64,000 nt of DNA, taken from Torpedo marmorata (Eukaryota). The notes beneath the pieces are model-generated. The model was not told the DNA's origin and ran no database searches. It saw only the letters and a program-made list of their open reading frames with translations. Within the stretch, counting starts at the first letter, position 1, and each line of letters starts with the position of its first letter. This document shows, piece by piece, positions 12,601-24,177 of this stretch. The stretch is taken from assembly GCA_977017645.1 (NCBI GenBank), contig OZ360251.1:36270001-36334000 (forward strand). The letters run 5' to 3'. Position numbers and translations under genes: made by a program.

Positions 12601-14146
12601 ACCTACAATTACGATATCCTGTACCGGCCCGGGAAGCTCAATGAGCCCTCCGATGCTCTATCCCGGGGATCATGCGCCAGCGCGCAGATCGACCGATTGC
12701 ATGCCCTACACGACGTCCTCTGCCACCCAGGAATTACCAGGCTCTTTCACTTTATGAAGTCACAGAACCTGCCATACTCACTGGAAGAGGTCAGGGAAAT
12801 GATCAGCGGTTGCCGTGTTTGCGCGGAGTGCAAACCCCAATTCTACCGCCCCGACAAGGCACAGCTGATCAAAGCCACTCGCCCTTTTGAATGTCTCAGT
12901 ATTGACTTCAAGGGCCCCCTTCCCTCCACGAACCGCAACGTGTACTTCTTGATCATTATCGATGAGTACTCGCGGTTCCCCTTTGCCATCCCCTGCCCAG
13001 ACACTTCGGCTACCTCAACCATAAAAGCTCTTCACCAGGTATTCACGCTGTTTGGCTTCCCAAACTATATACATAGCGACCGGGGATCAGCTTTTATGAG
13101 CGAGGAGCTGCGACGGTACCTGCAGGCCCGAGGCATCGCCACTAGCAGGACCACCGGATACAACCCCCGGGGAAATGGACAGGTGGAAAGGGAGAACGCG
13201 ACTGTCTGGAAGGCCACGCTCCTGGATCTCAAGTCCAGGGGATGGCCGGTCTCCCGCTGGCAGGATGTCCTCCCCGAAGCCCTCCACTCTATCCGGTCCC
13301 TGCTGTGCACGTCCACTAACGCAACCCCTCATGAACGATTTTTTTCCTTCCCCAGGAAGTCGACCACCGGAACTGCCCTACCTGCCTGGCTGGCGTCCCC
13401 GGGACCAGTGCTGCTCCGCAATCACCTTCGGAGCAGCAAATATGAGCCGACAGTCCAGAGGGTGCAGTTGGCGCACGCCAACCCACAATATGCATACGTG
13501 GTTTTCCCTGATGGGCGAGAGGACACTCTCTCGATTCGTGATCTGGCGCCCGCTGAGGCACCGGAAGAAAATCCCGACGGGCAAGACCACCTGCTGCAAC
13601 CCCTCCCTAATTCCCCGCCCAGCGCGTCAGACCCAGCCCCCTCGCCGGGACCACAGACACTCCAAGAAGCCAGGCAGGAGGCGACTGCACAGACAACCCT
13701 ACCATCTCCCCCATCACCACAACCCGCCCCGCCACTACGCAGGTCACAGCGGCAAATTCGACCGCCGGATCGCCTTGACCTGTGAAAGTGCATGTATATA
13801 TATTTCTGTATGATAGTCACTGTATGTCTGTTTCTGTAACATAGTTAGAGTGGTCACGTCACCCCGCTGGACTCTTTTTAAAAAGGAGGGGTGAATGTGG
13901 TAAACCACTGTTTAGTAGTGTGGTATAGGTATGTACTGCAGGCTGTCCCGATGTCTACTCCCCCCCCTCCCTTGGGTGTCCAGGTAATCCCTCCCCTTTC
14001 CTCACCTGAATAAAGGCCACTGTGCCACGGTCACTCCCTCAGTCCGGGATCAGATCTGCAGGAAACTACTGCCCTGTTTTAAGGTAATAAAAGCCTATGG
14101 TTCGTTCGCACTCATAGTCTTTGAGTACTTATTGATAGGCCTATCA
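9634..14146 (+). mobile_element. Full-length Gypsy LTR retrotransposon A
   Basis: LTRs at 9634-9887 and 13896-14146 (TG...CA) differ by a few substitutions and the poly-C length. 5-bp TSD GGTAG. PPT AAAAAGGAGGGGTGAA lies just before the 3' LTR. Confidence 0.97.
9913..13785 (+). CDS. Gag-Pol polyprotein, single uninterrupted ORF, 1290 aa
   Basis: Two CCHC knuckles ([28 protein letters not shown]), protease LFDTGS, RT YLDD, RNase H ESDAS, integrase HHCC plus D-D-E (IDFKG, HSDRG, VERENA), in Gypsy order PR-RT-RH-IN. Confidence 0.97.
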   Translation: MEGALRPDRLDIDHLAPDAGNSFEHWLRCLESFMITIKAESEEQRLRVLVSRVSSRLFSMVRDCKTYTEAMDALKRIYVTPVNAVYARYRLFSRKQRAGESTVEYVRDIQSLVRACDCKALTAEEHAGLLERDAFIMGIRSVYVRQRLLEHADLDFRAAVSMVHTLESALRNSDAMQAHDPQPAAWSAPSPSPANELTAAAVCSDPIAIATILTAAAVNREPEKCYFCGLDKHQRKRCPARDATCSSCGKKGHYAKACRSKSRSGPSSAACELRGRPSYLLLLPASTSCEEWRRPSLMLALPAPPSGRPTSVLPALPPPPPCSASSSDMCDPRVRPSLTTEDDYIPTLASVTLDQSIPHQLSRSMMDILVEGHKTTCLFDTGSTESFIHPDTVQRCGLTTIPVSQRVAMASGSHTTDIRGACVANIVVQGTEYRQFSLFIMNRLCTPVLLGLDFQSHLRSVTMRYDSPHPAITVANHQFLNNTPQTTCGLSTLKISPPSLFANLTPDCKPVATKSRRYSAGDRAFIKTEVQRLLQEGIIERSNSPWRAQVVVVKGAKSRMVVDYSQTINRFTQLDAYPLPRIADIVNQIAQYRFFSTIDLKSAYHQLPIRREDRPYTAFEADGRLFHFLRVSFGVTNGVSVFQREMDRIVDHYKLKATFPYLDDITICGLDRQDHDNNLRRFLQAAKALNLTYNKEKCVFGTTRLAILGYVVENGVIGPDPDRMRPLLELPLPSTPKALKRCLGFFSYNAQWVPNYADKARPLVKSTAFPLASEARKAFDLIKGDIARATMHAVDEETPFQVESDASDFALAATLNQAGRPVAFFSRTLQGPEIRHSAVEKEAQAIVEAIRHWRHYLSGKHFTLLTDQRSVAFMFNNQQRGKIKNDKIMRWRIELSTYNYDILYRPGKLNEPSDALSRGSCASAQIDRLHALHDVLCHPGITRLFHFMKSQNLPYSLEEVREMISGCRVCAECKPQFYRPDKAQLIKATRPFECLSIDFKGPLPSTNRNVYFLIIIDEYSRFPFAIPCPDTSATSTIKALHQVFTLFGFPNYIHSDRGSAFMSEELRRYLQARGIATSRTTGYNPRGNGQVERENATVWKATLLDLKSRGWPVSRWQDVLPEALHSIRSLLCTSTNATPHERFFSFPRKSTTGTALPAWLASPGPVLLRNHLRSSKYEPTVQRVQLAHANPQYAYVVFPDGREDTLSIRDLAPAEAPEENPDGQDHLLQPLPNSPPSASDPAPSPGPQTLQEARQEATAQTTLPSPPSPQPAPPLRRSQRQIRPPDRLDL

Positions 14147-14389
14147 GGTAGAAGAGGAGGGGGTAGAGGGGGGGTGAGTAGAAGGGGCAGAAGGTGGGGA
14201 GAGGGACTTTCTTTCCCTCCCTCTCTCTCTTCCTCCGCTTCACCTCTCCTCTTTCCCTTCCTGCTCTCCCTATCTCTCCCTCTCTTTTTCTTCCCAACTG
14301 TATCCCATTCACATCTTTCCCTGCATCCCCTCTCTTCCCCCCCCCCCTCTGTTCTCCAGAGAGGGGGGGGAAAGAGAGAAAGAGAGATA

Positions 14390-14722
14390 TACAGGTGCCA
14401 CAAGACTCGCACCACCAGGTTCAGGAACAGCTGCTACCCCTCCACCATCAGACTCCTCAACAACAAACTCAATCAGAGACTCATTTAAGGACTCTTACTT
14501 TTGCACTTTCTTGATTTTCTTTGCTTTCCCTGTATTGCACAGTCAGTTTGTTTTCATTCGTTATCTGATTACAGTTGTTTTGACTGTTTACATGTTTACG
14601 CTGTTTACAGTTTATTTTTTGCACTACCAATAAGTGGTGATTCTGCCGCACCCGCAAAAAAAAAAATCTCAGAGTTGTATGCGATGTCATGTATGTACTC
14701 TGACAATAAATCTAAAATCTGA
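14390..14722 (+). mobile_element. Rex1/Babar-type LINE 3' fragment
   Basis: RTTRFRNSCYPSTIRLLN C-terminal motif and a TGACAATAAA tail. Related minus-strand pieces lie at about 1690-1800 and 2040-2570. Confidence 0.7.
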
Positions 14723-16841
14723 GAGAGAGAGAAGCTGAGTGAGANNNNNNNNNNNNNNNNNNNNNNNNNNNNNNNNNNNNNNNNNNNNNNNNNNNNNNNN
14801 NNNNNNNNNNNNNNNNNNNNNNNNNNNNNNNNNNNNNNNNNNNNNNNNNNNNNNNNNNNNNNNNNNNNNNNNNNNNNNNNNNNNNNNNNNNNNNNNNNNN
14901 NNNNNNNNNGAGAGCAACAGACAGAGAGAGGGAGAGAGAGTGGGAGAGGGAGATGGGATGACGATGGAAGAGAGGGAAAGACGGGGAGAGAAAGTGTGGA
15001 CATAGAACGTAGAACACTACAGCACAGTACAGGCCATTCAGCCCTCGATATTGTGCCAACCCATATATTCCTTAAAAAAAATACTAAACCCTCACTACCC
15101 TGTAACCCTCTATTTTTCTTCCATCCATTTGCCTGTCTAAGAGTCTCTTAAACGCCCCTAATGTTCCAGCCTCCACCACCACCCCTGGCAATGCATTCCA
15201 GGCACCCACTACTCTGTGTAAAATACTTACCCCTGATGTCTCCCCTAAACTTCCCTCCCTTCACTTTGCGCACATGGAGAAAGAGGGAGAAAGGGAGTGA
15301 AAAGAGGGAAGGGGAGAGAGAGAGAGAGAGAGACAGGGCAGAGGGAGGGGGAGAGGAAGAGAGATGAGTGGGGGAGAGGGGGTGACTGAGAGGGATCGAA
15401 ATTATGGGGTGTTAATGTCTGATTCTGAGGGTCAGTAACACTGCGCCGATTGCAGACTCTCTCCCTCCTACCCTACACGGACCCTCCACCAACATGCTCT
15501 CCCTTGCTCCCTCCCCCTCGGTTCCTCAACTCATCACCTCCCTCACCCCCATTTTCTAATTCTCCACCTCTCTCTCCTCCCCTCCCTCACCCTCTCTATA
15601 ACACTCTTTCTCTACATCACCCTCATTTCTCTCCCCTTTCTCTCGCTCTCTCTGTCCTTCACAGATCACTACCACTCCCATAACTAACCCCACCCTCTGC
15701 CGCAGTGTAAACCACCTGAATCCAAACAGGTGTGAGAAAAACGGTCCCAGGACAGGTCAAGTCGAGTCACAATCGTCCCGAATCACCTCCNNNNNNNNNN
15801 NNNNNNNNNNNNNNNNNNNNNNNNNNNNNNNNNNNNNNNNNNNNNNNNNNNNNNNNNNNNNNNNNNNNNNNNNNNNNNNNNNNNNNNNNNNNNNNNNNNN
15901 NNNNNNNNNNNNNNNNNNNNAAAGAGAGAGAGGCAGACAGAGAGAGACAGACAGACAGAGAGAGGGGAGGGAGAGAGAAAGAGGGTGAAGGAGTGGTGCA
16001 GTAACAAAGCCACCTTCACAACCCTCTGCCTCCTCCCTCCCTCCCAGCAAGGATTAGCAAGCGAGAGCTTTTCTCTTTCGAGTGACGAAGAATGAGAGGT
16101 GATTTAAGAGGTGTGTAAGATAGGGTGGACAGCCAACACCTTTCTCCTGAGGCAACAGTTGCGATTACCACACGACATCCGCTGCTGTCTTCAAGAAGTT
16201 TGTACGTTCTCCCCGTGTCTGCGTGGGTTTCCTCCCACCCTTCAAAACATATGGGATTTTAGGTTAATTGGGTGCAATTGGGGGAAACGGGCTCATGGGC
16301 CGGAAGGGTCTGTTACCGTGCTGTATATCTAAATTTAAATTGGTTTAAAGTAGTGGAGGAAAGTTTTGGGGGACACGTCAGACAACATTTTTTTTTAAAC
16401 ACATATAGTGGTAGGTGCCTGGAATGCATTGCCGGGGGTGGTGGTGGAGTCTGGTACAATAGGGACATTTAAAAGAATCTTAGACAGGAACATGGATGAA
16501 AGAAAAATAGAGGTTTATGGGTGTGAGGGGTTGGATTGTTGTGGGGTAGGTTTCCGTAGGTCAGCACAACAATGAGGGCCGAAGGGCCTGCACTGTGGTG
16601 TATGTTCCCTCACTAAAACTCCGATCACCTGGCCAGCCTCATTTGCCCGCACAAGGTCAAGCGTGAACCCCTTCCTGGCTGGAGTAGGACCTGCGGCATT
16701 AAGAAACTCTCCTGAACACACTTACCAAATTCTGTCCTGTCTCAGCCTCTGGCACTGAGGACGTCCCATTCAGTATTGGGGAAATTGAAATCTCCCACGG
16801 CGACAACCCTGTTGGATTTACCCCTTTCCAAAAGGTTTGGT

Positions 16842-16985
16842 CATAACCTTGATGAAGGGTTCAAGCCCGTAACGTCGGTTATGTATTTTTACCTTTGCTA
16901 TATAAAGGACACTGTTTAACCTGCTGAGTTTCTCCAGCTTTGTGTGTTTTTACTTCAACCACGGTGTCTGCAGACTTTCATGTTT
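16842..16985 (+). mobile_element. Penelope-like terminal repeat remnant with degenerate minimal hammerhead ribozyme
   Basis: CATAACC-TTGATGA-AGGGTTCAAGCCC-GTAACGTC-GGTTATG, followed by CTGCTGAGTTTCTCCAGC...CTGCAGAC. A partial inverted homolog lies at 49171-49275. Confidence 0.65.
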
Positions 16986-17299
16986 TACTCCTGCACTAAT
17001 TCACACTTTCACATGTTCACAGATACACACTCACACACACTTATTCTTTCAGATACACACTCACACACATGCAGACATACACGCACAAACTCAAACACAC
17101 ACATATTCACAGACACACTTACACAAAAACACACACCAAAACACACAGCCACACACAAATCACAACACACTCACACACACAGTGATGCCTGGATGGAGAG
17201 TTGAGGAGGGGGGAATTATATCTGGATGTGTGTCCCACCAACCTGCCCCACCCCTGTGCTGAGACTGTTGTCACAGTGAGCAGGGAAAACTGCTGACGG

Positions 17300-20200
17300 T
17301 TCCAATAGACAATAGGGGCAGGAGTAGGCCATTCGGCCCTTCGAGCCAGCACCGCCATTCACTGTGATCATGGCTGATCATCCACTATCAGTACCCCGTT
17401 CCTGCCTTCTCCCCATATCCCTTGACTCCGCTATCTTTAAGAGCTCTATCTAACTCTTTCTTTTTTAAATTTATTTTTAAAAAATATTTTATTTTTTTCA
17501 TTTTCACGAAAAGTCCACAATATAAACAAGAAATATACAATTTCCAATTATACACAACATTATTATTAAACTCTCCCTCCCTCCCCCAACTGAAAAGAAA
17601 AAACATTAAAAAAAAAATTAAAAAATAAAACACATAAAACATAAGGAAAAAGAAAATAAAAATCTAAACGTACCGTCAGTGCTTACATTGATTTTTCAAC
17701 CTTCTTGGAGACGTCACACCGTTAAATATTTATACATTACATTGTACTGTACTTTAGGGTTTAAATTACAACTGGACACCAATATACTCTAGGTATGGTT
17801 GCCACACCTTAACAAATGTATCATATCTATTCCAAAGATTATATGTGATTTTCTCCATAGGAATACAGCTGTGCATTTCTGCTGACCATCAAGTGATAAG
17901 GGGGGAGTCGGACTTCCAAGTGACTGCTAAGCATTTTTTTGCTACGGACAAAGCAACCAGCACAAATTGAATTTGGAATTTAGATAATTTGTAGCTTATG
18001 TCCATTAGATTTCCTAAGAGATACAACTCCGGGTCCTGTGGAAAGGCCACCCCTGTAATTCTAGTTAGTATATTAGATATATCATACCAAAAGGGTCGTA
18101 CCTTTGCACAGGACCAAGTGGAGTGTAGGAAAGTTCCAACCTCCCCACCACATCTGAAACACATTTCCGATATTTCAGATTTTGATTTGTGTAACTTTTG
18201 TGGTGTGAGATATAGTTGGTGCAAGAAATTATACTGGACCAACCTATAATCTAGCATTAATAACCGTCGTCATACTATTCCGATACCAGTCTGACCAGCA
18301 ACTGTTCTACCTCGTTGCTTGTAGGTGGAGTCATTGTTGGACCCCACCTTTCTCGCAGGAAGGATCTTAATTGGAGAAAACAGTGAAAGGTTCTATTAGA
18401 CAAATCATATTTATCTTTAAGTTGTTCAAAGGACATAAACTGTCCCTTATCATAACAATCTTCAATATACCGAATCCCCTTCTGATACCAAACGTTCAAT
18501 ATTTTATTACCCAAATTCATGGGCATAAGTTCATTTTGTAACAGAGGTGTTTTGGGGGATATTCCAACTTTTCCTCCAATACACTCATTGATTTCTTGCC
18601 AAATTTTAATCATATGTTTCAGAATGGGGTTGTTCGTTCTTTTTGATATTAACTTAGCATTCCATTTGTAAATAAAGTCCTTAGCTATTTTATCCCCTAT
18701 AGTATTTAGTCCAATTTGGACCCATGGAAGGATATCACCCTCCTCAAAAAAGGATAAGAGAAATCTCGACTGGGCTGTTAAGTAATACTTCTTAAAATCT
18801 GGTATCGTAAACCCCCCAATTTATATCCCACGTCACCTTTTCCATGGAGACTTTGGACACTATACCATTCCAGATGAACTGTCTTTCATATCCATTGAGT
18901 GTTTTGAAAAGAATTTGTGGCAAAGGGATAGATAAAGATTGAAAAAGGTATTGCAATTTCAGCATCACCATCATTTTGATACAATTAACCCTGCCCACTA
19001 ATGTGATGGGCAGGCTTCTCCATCTAAGTAAATCGTCTTCAATCTTTCCAAGCACCGGGAGGTAGTTGAGTTTATATAAATTCTGTAAATTATTATCAGT
19101 CATTATCCCTCGATACATAATACCTTCTGGTTGCCATCTAAAGCGACTCCCCTGTTGATATTTTTTTATAATCAAATTTCGTCAGTGGCATGATTTCACT
19201 TTTGTCTATATTTATTTTATATCCTGAAATCATACCATAATCCTCCAGTGTAGTCTGCAATTTTGTCAAAGACTCAGTCGAATCTGTTGGATATAACAAT
19301 ACATCATCTGCAAACAAGTTAATCTTGTGATCCACCTTGAATCCCTTTATTTCTGGATCCCTCCTGATAGCTTCCGCTAAAGGTTCAATTGCTAATACAA
19401 AAAGCCCTGGAGACAGTGGACAACCCTGCCTACTAGATCTACTCAGTGAGAATGTCAACGATATCTGCCCATTCGTTATAATTTTAGCCCGGGGTTTATA
19501 GTAAAGTGTTTTTACCCATTGGACAAATGATTGTCCCAGTTCGAACTTTTCGAGTACTTTAAATAAAAAAGGCCATTCCAGCCTATCAAAGGCTTTTTCC
19601 GCGTCTAAAGACACGGCTACGCTGGGGTCTATTTTGGATTGTGCCAAATGTATTATACTAAATAATCTACCCAAGTTGTTAGCAGAGTGTCTCCTCTTCA
19701 CAAAGCTGACTTGATCCGGATTTATCAATTTTGGTAAATAATGACCTAATCTACTAGCTAATGCCTTAGCTATTATCTTATAATCAGCATTTAACAATGA
19801 AATAGGTCTATATGAAGACGACTTTAGTGGGTCTCTATTTTTCTTAGGTATAACCGTAATAATAGCCGTTGAAAAGGATTCCGGGAGAGTCTGTGTTTCC
19901 GCTGCCCAGTTAACCACATCCATAATAAGGGGCATCAGAAGTTCTTTAAATTCTCTGTAGAACTCGGGCGGGAAACCATCTTACCCCGGTGATTTATTAG
20001 CTTGAAATGTACTCAAGGCTTTTTCGATCTCCTCTCTGGAGAAAGGGGAGTTTAATTTCGTCTGATCGTCTTGGTCCAATCTGGACAAAAAATCATCTAT
20101 CTTAGTTTAGTCTTTGGGTGACTCTAATTTATATAGTTCTGTATAGAACTGCTTGAAAATATCATTTATCTCTTTCAGGTTATGTGATATCTTGTCTGGT

Positions 20201-22860
20201 CCTAACTGAATCGCGTTAATTGTCCTCGATGTCTCTTTTGCCTTCAATTGCCAAGACAAGACCTTATGGGCCCTTTCGCCTAGTTCATAATATTTTTGCT
20301 TAGATCTCAAAATAGCTTTCTCCACTTGATACGTTTGTAAAGTGTTGTACTTAAGTTTCTTGTTTACCAGAATTTGGTATTTTTCCTTTGAGCCAGATTG
20401 TTGATATTCCTTTTCCAACTCTAGAATTTATCGTTCTAAATCATTTATTTCTGCCAAATATTTTTTCTTAACATTTTTAGTGTACAAAATTATTTTCCCC
20501 CTCAAATAAGCCTTCAAAGTATCCCATATTAAAAAGCTATTATTAGTAGAGGGGCAATTTGTTTCACAAAACAAATTTATCTGACCCCTTAGAAAATTAT
20601 AAAAATCTATCCTTTTCAACAGTGTAGAATTAAGGCGCCATCTATATACGCTAGTCTGTTTTTCTGGCATAACTATAGATAAAATCAAAGGTGCATGATC
20701 TGATAATAGTCTGGCTAGATATTCCGATTCGATCACTCTGCCTTCCAACTGTGCTGACAATTCTAGTATAGGAATCATGGGGCTTAGAATAAAAGGAATA
20801 ATCTCTGGCTTGTGGATGTAACCGTCTCCATGCATCTATTAAGTTTAAATCTTTCATAAATGCCAGAGTGGTTTTAGCCACCCTGGCCTTCGTTACCGTC
20901 TTTGCAGACTTATCCAGAATGGGATCCAGGCAAAAGTTAAAATCCCCTCCCATTAACACATTCTGTCTCCTCCCTGCCACCTTCAGAAATATATTTTGCA
21001 TAAAAGCCTCATCATCAAAATTTGGAGCATAAAGGTTCAGAAGTGTCCAGGGTTCCGAATAAAATTGACAATGTATCATCACAAATCTCCCAGCTGAGTC
21101 AATAACCGTATCCTCCACTGCCATCGGAACATTTTTATTTTTTGAAATAGCCACCCCCCCCCAGCCTTGGAATTGAAAGAAGATGCGACCACCTGACCCA
21201 CCCATTCCCTCTTCAATTTGTTATGTTCTTTATTCATAAGGTGAGTTTCCTGTAAAAAAAACTATATCCGCCTTTACTCCAGCGCCATCTTGCAAAACGA
21301 CTCCTCCCCTGGTGCCATCAACACCCTTAAACCATCCTACCGTAACTCCCTAGCCAGTCTTGGGCTCCCCTTATATCTTTATAATATTCTCTTAAAATAA
21401 AAGCGAGTAAAAATGATCCCAACATTCCCGCAACTTAATATATTATAACTCAACTCAACATCCCTTTTACAAAACTTGAACCTCACTATTCCCTTTACCC
21501 AATGTCTCATTGTGCTTCCTTGGATATTTTCAATCTTTGCTTCTCCTCCCGATCCGATCTTAAGATCTCCCCTGGAGACCCAGGACAAAGTCTTCCGCCT
21601 CCCGGGGTGTATGAAAGAACTTCCTCACGCCCTCCGGCAATTCCAGCCTCAGCGTCGCGGGGTAGAGCATTGAGTACGAGATGTTCCTTGTTCTCAGTTG
21701 CCTCTTCACCGCATCGTACTCCTTCCGACGCTTCATCAAGGCCGCACTCAGGTCCTGAAAAAAAAATCTTGTCTCTCTCGATCTCAACGGGTCCGCCCGT
21801 TTGTTTGGCACGTGCTGCCGCCGCACACAGGATCTCCTCCCGGTCCCGGTAGCTCAACAAGCGTACCAGAACCGGTCACGGTCGCTGATCTGGCGCCCTC
21901 TGGGGACCGAGTGTCTGGTGGGCTCTCTCCACCATCAAAGGTCTTTTAAATCTCTCTTGTCCCAGAACCTCTGGGATCCATCTTTTGAAGAATCCCACTG
22001 GGTCTTTTCCCTCAGCCCCTTCTTTCAATCCAATTATTCTTACGTTGTTCCTTCTGCTGAAGTTCTCCATATGATCCAATTTTTCGAGGATCTCCCTTTT
22101 CTCTCTTTGCCAGGCATCACTGTTATTTTCCAGGCTTCCCAGCCTGTCTTGCATCGTCTCCGTTGCCTGTTCAACCTTCTCCACACGGGAGATCAGAACC
22201 GCCATTGAGCCTTTAAGCTCTTTGACTCCATCCAGCACCTCCTTAAGCCAAGCTTCCACTCTTTCAAATCTGCTGGCCAGGTCTCCAACAACCTCCGCTG
22301 TATCTGGGGATGTGTGTGTCGACTCCCCACTCGCCTTCTTCTTTGCCACTTTGCCAACGCCATTGCCGATGCTTCCACTTCACTGCTCCCGTGTGGAATT
22401 TCAGTTGACAATTCCGTTGATTTGGGAGATCCTCCTGCAGCCAAAAGTTGGGACTTATTTTTCTTTCCCATTATATTTACGTTTTTTGGCTTTGAATCCA
22501 TGAACTGGGTATTTTAACTCGTTTTAAATCAACTTTAAACGGAGAGCCCAAGAATCCACGTCCTTCTAGCTGCTCCGCATCACGTGACCCCCTATCTAAC
22601 TCTTTCTTGAAAGCATCCAGAGAATTGGCCTCCACTGCCTTCTGAGGCAGAACATTCCACAGATCCACAACTCTCTGGGTGAAAATGTTTTTCCTCAACT
22701 CCGTTCTAAATGGCCTACCCCTTATTCTTAAACTGTGGCCTCTGGTTCTCGACTCCCCCAACATCCGGAACATGTTTCCTGCCTCTAGTGTGTCCAATCC
22801 CTTAATAATCTTATATGTTTCAATCAGATCCCCTCTCATCCTTCTAAATTCCAGTGTATA
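17300..22860 (-). mobile_element. CR1 LINE 3' end split by L1 (17300-17462 and 22592-22860)
   Basis: MRGDLIETYKIIKGLD...TRGHSL...FTQRVV motif followed by the CR1 3' UTR. Confidence 0.85.
17463..22591 (-). mobile_element. Near full-length L1-clade LINE, decayed, related to 3427-9024
   Basis: Same 5' end GGGGGTCACGTGATGC and homologous ORF1/ORF2 fragments. Poly(A) on the minus strand. TSD CTATCTAACTCTTTCTT at 17446-17462 and 22592-22608, inside a CR1 3' end. Confidence 0.95.
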
Positions 22861-23089
22861 CTACACTACCAGTGGCAAATCTCCTGGATCCAGGTGGAGT
22901 GGCAGAGGGAGGGAGGTGACAAACTAAGAACCCCTCTGGCAATGCGGTTCCTGAGCAACAGTGAACACAAAGCACGGGTGAAAGCCATTCGTGCAGCAGT
23001 TGTGAATCCCAGTCCAACTCGAGGAGCTCCAGTCTCTGAGCAGAGGAAAGAGCCAAGGGGGAAGCATTCGTGGTCCTGGGAGTTCTGCA

Positions 23090-23890
23090 GGAGGGAGGGG
23101 GAGGGAGGGTCGAGGGGGGAGAGAGCTTCAAGGGAGGTTGGGGGGGAGGGAGGGTCGAGGGGGGAGAGAGCTTCAAGGGAGGTTGGGGGGGAGGGAGGGT
23201 CGAGGGGGGAGAGAGCTTCAAGGGAGGTTGGGGAGGAGGGAGGGTTGAGGGAAGGGGAGGAGGGAGGGTAGAGAGAGGGGGAGGAGGAGTGAGGGTTGAG
23301 AGAGGCGGTAGAGGGAGGGAGAGGAGGGAACATCGAGGGAGGGTAGAGGGAGGGGAGGAGGGAGAGTCGAGGGAGGGGGAGGAGGGAGGGTAGAGGGAGG
23401 AGGAGGAGTGGAGGGTAGGGAGGGGGAGGAGGAGTGAGGGTTGAGAGAGGGGAAGGAGGGAGGGGGAGGAGGGAGCATCGAGGGAGGGGGAGGAGGGAGC
23501 GTCGAGGGAAGGGGAGGAGGGAGGGGAGGAGGGAGCGTCGAGGGAGGGGTAGGAGGGAGGGAAGAGAGAGGGGAGCAGGGATCGTCGAAGGAGGGGGAGG
23601 AGCGTCGAGGGAGGGGGAGGGAGGGAAGAGAGATGGGGAGGAGGGATCGTCGAGGGAGGGGGAGGAGGGAGCGTCGAGGAGGGAGCGTCCAGGGAGGGGG
23701 AGGAGGGAGGGAAGAGAGAGGGGGAGGAGGGATGGGAGGGGGAGGAGGGAGGGAAGAGAGGGAGAGGAGGGATCGTCGAGGGAGGTGAGGAGGGAGCGTC
23801 GGGGAGGAGGGAGGGAAGAGAGAGGGGGAGGAGGGATCGTCGAGGGACGGGGAGGAGGGAGGGAAGAGAGAGGGGGAGGAGGGAGGTGAG
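23090..23890 (+). repeat. Purine-rich low-complexity / short tandem repeat
   Basis: Almost exclusively G/A, with repeated GAGGGAGGGTCGAGG and GAGCTTCAAGGGAGG units. Confidence 0.9.
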
Positions 23891-23929
23891 GCCGTGGGAG
23901 GGGCAGACAGGAGGGAGTGGTGTTGAAGA

Positions 23930-24079
23930 GGCAGTGGCAACATATTCGGCAGAAATACCTGCAGATTGTGCGACCTGTCAGCGCATTCTCCGACCTTCCA
24001 TCACCTCTCACACCGTCGACCCAGACACTGCGCACACCACCAGCAAGCTGCCAATTCACCGTCGTCCACACACCAGCTG
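23930..24079 (+). other. Candidate non-coding 5' exon of the carbonic anhydrase gene
   Basis: Unique island between purine repeats ending in a strong donor CTG|GTGAGT (24080). The ATG exon has an upstream acceptor (TTTGGCTTCAG, 29433) that needs such an exon. The start coordinate is approximate. Confidence 0.45.
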
Positions 24080-24177
24080 GTGAGTAAACACTTCACCCAG
24101 CACAGATCTAACCAAGGAACGGGGTAGCAGGAGAGAGGGAGGGATTGAGGGAGAGCAAGAGAAAGTGACATGGACAG

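Noticed and set aside
22865-23090. Possible minus-strand exon after a pyrimidine tract (CCCTCCTGCAG)
   Set aside because: The pyrimidine tract is a simple repeat, and no donor or recognisable coding sequence was found.
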